A model generated the notes under the pieces. That model ran no database searches, had not been told where the DNA came from, and was given only the letters and a program-made list of their open reading frames with translations. Shown in pieces: positions 59,341 to 64,000 of a DNA stretch of 64,000 nt. The stretch is from contig JBGARZ010000002.1 in NCBI GenBank assembly GCA_044229975.1, forward strand, positions 672,001 to 736,000. The letters are read 5' to 3'. The first letter of the stretch is position 1. Each line of letters starts with the position of its first letter. This DNA is from Polyangiales bacterium. Its GTDB lineage: Bacteria > Myxococcota_A > Polyangia > Polyangiales > Ga0077539. The translations under genes were made by a program, and so were the position numbers.

Positions 59341-59933
59341 GAGTCATGCCTCTGGAGGGTCTGGCTCACGTAGATCGAGCGGATGTTGGTCGTGTCGGTG
59401 CTCACCGTGGAGGTCGCCGAGCGCGCGCAGTCGGAGTAGGCCGCCGGCCGAATTCCTCCCTGACGGAACCACCAGACCCGCACCTCAGCGCGGATGAGCT
59501 GGTTGGGGATGAGCGCCGTCAGCCGGACGTGCGTGCAGTAGTACGCGCGGAAGTCGGTGGTCGCGATGTCGTTGCCGAAGTAGTCGAACGCCGCGGTCTC
59601 GGTCAGCGCCGCAACGCTCGATGCGGGCGAGTCGGGGACATACCAATCGGTCGTCACCGTGCCGCCCAGCCGGGACAGGTACCAGGTGCCCGAGATGTTG
59701 CTCACCGGGTTGGTCTGCGAGGGCTGGGTCCACTGGTAGGAGTCGCGACGCAGACGATCCTGCCAGCGACGCGCGAGATTGGTCGCCATGGTGACCTCCT
59801 GGGCGCGCTGGTTCGCCCCCACGGCGGCGGTCTGCATCCCGACGATGCCGAGGATGCCCGTGGCGAGCACGCCCATCGCGGCGAGGACCTCGACCATCGT
59901 GTACCCGGCTTGCGATCGACGAGAGCGGCTCAT
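59337..59933 (-). CDS. pilV: Minor pilin PilV-like
   Basis: QAG|YTMVEVLAAMGVLATGILGIVGMQ; AEVRVWW; ATGA overlaps on both sides. Confidence 0.85.
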   Translation of the reverse strand: MSRSRRSQAGYTMVEVLAAMGVLATGILGIVGMQTAAVGANQRAQEVTMATNLARRWQDRLRRDSYQWTQPSQTNPVSNISGTWYLSRLGGTVTTDWYVPDSPASSVAALTETAAFDYFGNDIATTDFRAYYCTHVRLTALIPNQLIRAEVRVWWFRQGGIRPAAYSDCARSATSTVSTDTTNIRSIYVSQTLQRHDS

Positions 59934-60523
59934 GTGCGCATCCTCGGCATTCCCCCGAGGGGGATCAGGATGCGACGCGTCGCACCACCGGTCGTCTGGA
60001 ACACGTTGATCTGGAAGACGCCACCCGTGCCAAGAACGCTGCTGTCGTTGCTCCACGCCTGGCTCGTCGTGATGATCGGGTTGGTCGAGAAGAACGCTGC
60101 GCCCAGCGGCGTGTAGCAGATCTGAAGGTAGGTGGTGCCTGAGGGCACCGAAATGGTCGCCCCGAGGTTGTCGCGAGAAAAGCGCGCTTCGCTGAGGTCG
60201 AGGTTGGCGACCCGCTGCATCGGATCGAGCACGCCCGTCCCGAAGTTGGACAACCGGCACGAAGGCGACGACCCCTCGTAGGCATCGAGCCGGAGGGCGG
60301 CTCCAGCCTGCGACACGATGAGCGTCTGCGCCCGCCCGCGGTACATCGCCCTCGTGCGCACCTCACGAGCGACGTCGAGCACCGTCGTCGCCGCCTGCTG
60401 GATGCGGCGCTCACGAGACGCCTGACCCATGCCGGGCAGCGCGAGCGCCGTCACCACCCCGATGATGACGACGACGATCATCAACTCGAGGAGGGAGAAC
60501 CCGGCCTGTCGTGAGGTTGCCAT
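59930..60523 (-). CDS. fimU: Minor pilin FimU/FimT-like
   Basis: QAG|FSLLELMIVVVIIGVVTALALP; AR..A helix; ends RRILIPLGGMPRM. Confidence 0.8.
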   Translation of the reverse strand: MATSRQAGFSLLELMIVVVIIGVVTALALPGMGQASRERRIQQAATTVLDVAREVRTRAMYRGRAQTLIVSQAGAALRLDAYEGSSPSCRLSNFGTGVLDPMQRVANLDLSEARFSRDNLGATISVPSGTTYLQICYTPLGAAFFSTNPIITTSQAWSNDSSVLGTGGVFQINVFQTTGGATRRILIPLGGMPRMRT

Positions 60524-60539
60524 CGCGGATCGAGACTTC

Positions 60540-60554
60540 TGCAATGCACATGCC
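60540..60554 (-). promoter_or_regulatory. Putative sigma54 (-24/-12) promoter of the minor pilin operon
   Basis: Minus strand reads GGCATGTGCATTGCA = GG-N10-GC, one mismatch to GGCACG-N4-TTGCA; lies 17-31 nt upstream of the fimU ATG. Confidence 0.55.
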
Positions 60555-60619
60555 CCTCCCCCCTCAGGCTGGAAAAGACAGCAGAATTCTTGCCCCCCCT
60601 CCCCCTCCCTCGACGGCAT

Positions 60620-60643
60620 TTGCGTAACCGCGCAATCATTGCG
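60620..60643. promoter_or_regulatory. Overlapping inverted repeats, candidate upstream activator sequence
   Basis: TTGCG-TAACCG-CGCAA (60620-60635) and CGCAAT-C-ATTGCG (60631-60643), about 90-115 nt upstream of the inferred sigma54 start site. Confidence 0.4.
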
Positions 60644-60760
60644 GACCCCACTCAGAGGCCACCACAACGGCGCGAATGACGGCCTGGGTAGGCGTTTCGA
60701 CGACCATGGACGACCGGGCGCTTGCAGGCTCATCGCCTCGCACCGTATCACCCCGGCCCG

Positions 60761-61804
60761 ATGAACCGTACCCCCCTCTTGGTGATCTTTTCCCTGTTTG
60801 CAGCGTGTCGCAGGGAAGCGCCTCCACACCCGCCAGCGCCCCCGAGCGCCCCTCCGGCCCGGGCCCCGACGCCTGCGCCGACGCCCGGGGTCCCTCCGGC
60901 CGCCTCGGTCGACCCCCCGGCCGGGGCTGAGGCGTTTCGGGAGAGCGGTCGGTTTCTCCCCCAAGGTGTCGCTGCGCCGGGGTGGAGTCAGAGCGGGGCC
61001 GTGCGCCTCGTCAACGGACAAGAGCTCTTCCAGGTCATCGACGGCGCAGGGGCGAAGTACATCGAATACGGCTTCCGGCAGATGGCCCGTACCGACTACC
61101 GCAAGGCCGGTACGCAGCTGGTGGTGACCGCGGAGGTCTACGACATGGGCTCGGCGCTCGGGGCATTCGGGCAGTATTCTCTGCAGCTCAGCGACTCGCG
61201 CGATCCTGCTTCCATGCAACCGCGTGCCGTAGCGCACGGAGGAGGAGGATTTCTTGGCACCAGTCAGCTCGTGTTCTGGCGTGGCCAGTACTTCGTTGTC
61301 CTCAATCTCGCGGATGACTCGGGCGAGCAGGATGAGGCAGCTCTTGCCACAACCGCGCGCGAGGTGCTCCCTGCATTGGCGACAACGATGGCCGCGGCGA
61401 TTCCGGGAGAGACGTCGCCCCCCGCGCCGCCCGCTGGGATGCCGACCGACTCTCTGGTCTGGGGTGGCCTGACCTATCTCGCGAGCAACGTCCTGGGCAT
61501 CGAGCAGAGCGGTGCGGGCTGGGTCGGCCACTATCAGGTCGCGGGGGGCGCGCGCTATCGGATCGCAATCCTGTCCCGACCGTCGCCAGAGGAGGCTCGA
61601 CGGGTCCTCCTGCGGGTGCGCGAAGCGAGCGCAACGGGGCTCACGGGCATCGGCGACGAGGCCTTCGCCGGCCCCAACGTCGTCGCGGCTCGGAAGGGCA
61701 GCACCGTGATCGCGGTGGCGGGGCCCGTCCCCGAGAGCCTCACGGCGCTCCCCCGAGAAGCGCGCATCGAGCGCCTTCGGGCCGTCGTCGGGGCGCTACC
61801 CTGA
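60761..61804 (+). CDS. Lipoprotein, DUF6599-like
   Basis: MNRTPLLVIFSLFAAC lipobox, Pro-rich linker, ELFQVIDGAGAKYIEYGF, EVYDMGSALGAFGQYS, FWRGQYFV. Family assignment is from memory of the motif and its usual DUF362 neighbour. Confidence 0.7.
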   Translation: MNRTPLLVIFSLFAACRREAPPHPPAPPSAPPARAPTPAPTPGVPPAASVDPPAGAEAFRESGRFLPQGVAAPGWSQSGAVRLVNGQELFQVIDGAGAKYIEYGFRQMARTDYRKAGTQLVVTAEVYDMGSALGAFGQYSLQLSDSRDPASMQPRAVAHGGGGFLGTSQLVFWRGQYFVVLNLADDSGEQDEAALATTAREVLPALATTMAAAIPGETSPPAPPAGMPTDSLVWGGLTYLASNVLGIEQSGAGWVGHYQVAGGARYRIAILSRPSPEEARRVLLRVREASATGLTGIGDEAFAGPNVVAARKGSTVIAVAGPVPESLTALPREARIERLRAVVGALP

Positions 61805-61879
61805 CCGCGCGTAATCGGCCGCCATCGGGACGGCGAGTTGCCGCGAGGCGACCCGGACAGGTAGATTGCTCGACACGCC

Positions 61880-62977
61880 ATGAGTGCTGACCCCAGACCG
61901 ACCCGTCGAGAGCTCTTGGTGCGCGGAGGCAAGGCGCTGGGCGTCCTCGGCGCCGCGGGCCTGTCGGCCAAGATGGCCTACGACCGGGGAGGCTGGAACC
62001 TCGCGGCCGCTGCTGGTGTGCGCGAGGTTCGCGACTACCACCGCGCTGACCGCGGTGGCCCCAGCGACTTCGCCGTGGCCCGAGGCACCGCGTCGACCGC
62101 CCCGACGTCACTGGTCGAGCAGGCGCTCGCGGCCTTGGGTGGCATGGGCCGCTTCATCAGCCGCGGCGACATCGTCGTGGTGAAGCCCAACATCGGGTGG
62201 GATCGAACACCCCTCCAGGCAGCCAACACCAATCCCGAGGTGGTCGCTGCCGTCGTGCACATGGCGCTCGACGCCGGTGCGCGGAAGGTCATCGTCACCG
62301 ACGCGAGCTGCAACGACCCGGGGCGCTGCTTTCAACGAAGCGGCATCTGGGCGCGGGCGCACCGCGTCGGCGCCGAGGTGGTGCTGCCGGCGGAGCACAG
62401 GTTTCGCTCGATGCGGCTTGGCGGTGAGGTGCTCGATGACTGGCCCGTCTACCGAACGCTCATCGAGGCGGACAAGGTCATCAACTGCCCGGTGGCGAAG
62501 CACCACAACCTCGCGCGGTACACCGCGGCCATGAAGAATTGGTACGGAGTCCTCGGCGGGCGGCGCAATCGCCTCCACCAATCCATCGACGTCTCCATCG
62601 CCGATCTCGCGACCTTCATGCGGCCGTCGTTGACGGTCGTCGACGGGGTGCGGGTCATGATGCGCAACGGCCCGCAGGGCGGAAACGTCGACGACACCCA
62701 GCGCATGAACACCGTCATCGCGAGCATCGATCAGGTCGCCGCCGATGCGTTTGGCTGCACGCTCATCGGGCAGCGCCCCGAAAACCTCGCGTACCTCCGC
62801 ATGGGCGAGGAGCGACGACTCGGCACCACCCGCTGGCAGACGCTGCGCCCACGAGAGATCGCTCTGCATGACGACGGGCGCATCGAGCGGCGCGCGATCC
62901 ATGTGCCCGATGGGGTCGATCCTGCGGCGGTCGCCTTCGCGCTCAACCACGCCGATCGCGCGCTGGTGATCGTGTGA
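61880..62977 (+). CDS. DUF362 domain protein with Tat-like signal
   Basis: TRRELL twin-arginine motif; ALGGMGRFI..GD.VVVKPNIGWDR, NTNPEVV, IN.PVAKHH, AMKNWYG, DQVAADA. Confidence 0.85.
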   Translation: MSADPRPTRRELLVRGGKALGVLGAAGLSAKMAYDRGGWNLAAAAGVREVRDYHRADRGGPSDFAVARGTASTAPTSLVEQALAALGGMGRFISRGDIVVVKPNIGWDRTPLQAANTNPEVVAAVVHMALDAGARKVIVTDASCNDPGRCFQRSGIWARAHRVGAEVVLPAEHRFRSMRLGGEVLDDWPVYRTLIEADKVINCPVAKHHNLARYTAAMKNWYGVLGGRRNRLHQSIDVSIADLATFMRPSLTVVDGVRVMMRNGPQGGNVDDTQRMNTVIASIDQVAADAFGCTLIGQRPENLAYLRMGEERRLGTTRWQTLRPREIALHDDGRIERRAIHVPDGVDPAAVAFALNHADRALVIV

Positions 62978-64000
62978 GCGGAGGAGACCTCCCCCTGCCC
63001 ATCCCGTGGCTGGGCGTCATCGGTGAGGTGCCCTCGCTCGACGGCGTCGCCGCGCCCGCGCCCGTCGTCATCGCGAAGGATCTCGTCGCACCAATGGCGG
63101 CGGTCGCCGCATCCCCAGGTGTCGCCGCAACGCCCCCGGCGCCGGGTCTCGTCGACCGGGTGCGCGGCTGGTGGCGCGCGAAGTTCAAGCCCAAGAAGCG
63201 ACCCGGTTCGGGGCTGCCCGCGCGCAAGATCATCGTCGCCCTCCGCAACACGCGGCGGGTGTCGCAGTTCGCGTTCTTCTTCCTGTTCATGTTCCTGCTG
63301 GTGCGGACAGAGTTTCGCGGGGGCTTCGCGGGCGGCGCGACCGTTCGTATGCCGTACCCCGTCGAGGCCTTCCTGCTCGCCGACCCCTTCGTCTCGCTGA
63401 TGACCTTCCTGTCGTCGCACACGGTCTACCGCGCCCTCTGGTGGAGCGTGGGGATGGTCGCGATCACGGTCGTCTTCGGCCGCGTCTTCTGCGGCTGGAT
63501 CTGCCCCTTCGGCACCCTGCACCACTTCTTTGCGTGGCTGTTTCCCAACTCCAAGAGCGGGACGGGCGGCATCCGCCGGGTGCGGGCCAACATGACCCAC
63601 CCCTACCAGAACGCGAAGTACTACCTCCTCGGCGCGTTTCTCGTGGCAGCGGTGTGCGGCAGCGCCATCGGCGGGCTCTTCGACCCGATCTGCATCTGCG
63701 TGCGCGCCATCGGTCTCGCCGTGCTCCCGGCCGTCAGCTACATCGCGGGCCGCGGCCTCGATCATGTCTCGCAGACCAACCTGCACGTGCTGCAGCATGG
63801 CAGCGACGTCACCCGCGACGCCCTCGTCGCGACCGTGCTCCAGCCACGGCAGTACTTCTTCCACCAGACCTGGGTCATCGGCGGACTGCTCTTCGCGGTG
63901 CTGCTCGCCAACCGCTGGATTCCGCGCTTCTGGTGCCGTGCGCTGTGTCCGCTCGGCGCCACGCTCGGGCTCATCGCCCGCAACGCGCTCTTCGGCATGG
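62974..64000 (+). CDS. Polytopic membrane 4Fe-4S binding protein (NapH/MauN-like); 3' end runs off the window
   Basis: Not in the ORF track; hand translation from GTG 62974 (GTGA overlap): RRVSQFAFFFLF, GRVFCGWICPFGTL, KYYLL, RFWCRALCPLGA. Confidence 0.85.
   Translation, partial: MSGGDLPLPIPWLGVIGEVPSLDGVAAPAPVVIAKDLVAPMAAVAASPGVAATPPAPGLVDRVRGWWRAKFKPKKRPGSGLPARKIIVALRNTRRVSQFAFFFLFMFLLVRTEFRGGFAGGATVRMPYPVEAFLLADPFVSLMTFLSSHTVYRALWWSVGMVAITVVFGRVFCGWICPFGTLHHFFAWLFPNSKSGTGGIRRVRANMTHPYQNAKYYLLGAFLVAAVCGSAIGGLFDPICICVRAIGLAVLPAVSYIAGRGLDHVSQTNLHVLQHGSDVTRDALVATVLQPRQYFFHQTWVIGGLLFAVLLANRWIPRFWCRALCPLGATLGLIARNALFGM

Overview
Very GC-rich bacterial chromosomal segment. The gene content points to Myxococcota, probably Polyangiales-like (inference): five Hanks-type Ser/Thr kinases, two sigma54 enhancer-binding proteins, many Cys-lipobox lipoproteins, a myxobacterial-type TonB-dependent receptor and a fimU-pilV-pilW-pilX-pilY1 cluster. 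About 49 CDS are supported, two of them cut by the window edges. Recognisable housekeeping genes are ribA, thiO-like, xth, glnD, an Amidase_3, manA, yajC-secD-secF and an M16 peptidase pair. I saw no rRNA, tRNA, CRISPR array, transposase or integrase. The most notable observations are: (1) an FHA-fused kinase with a WNK-like layout (beta3 Lys replaced by Ala, a Lys in the Gly-rich loop, GRGSVKQVY); (2) a zinc-ribbon protein with three YGAP repeats resembling a radical-SAM splicease substrate, with no maturase nearby; (3) a recurring membrane kinase + secreted TPR/C-terminal-Phe gene pair; (4) TAnnnT hexamers 6-8 nt upstream of many SD-less start codons, suggesting widespread leaderless mRNAs; (5) a sigma54 promoter with upstream palindromes in front of the minor pilin operon. 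All product calls rest on motifs read by eye; no database searches were run.
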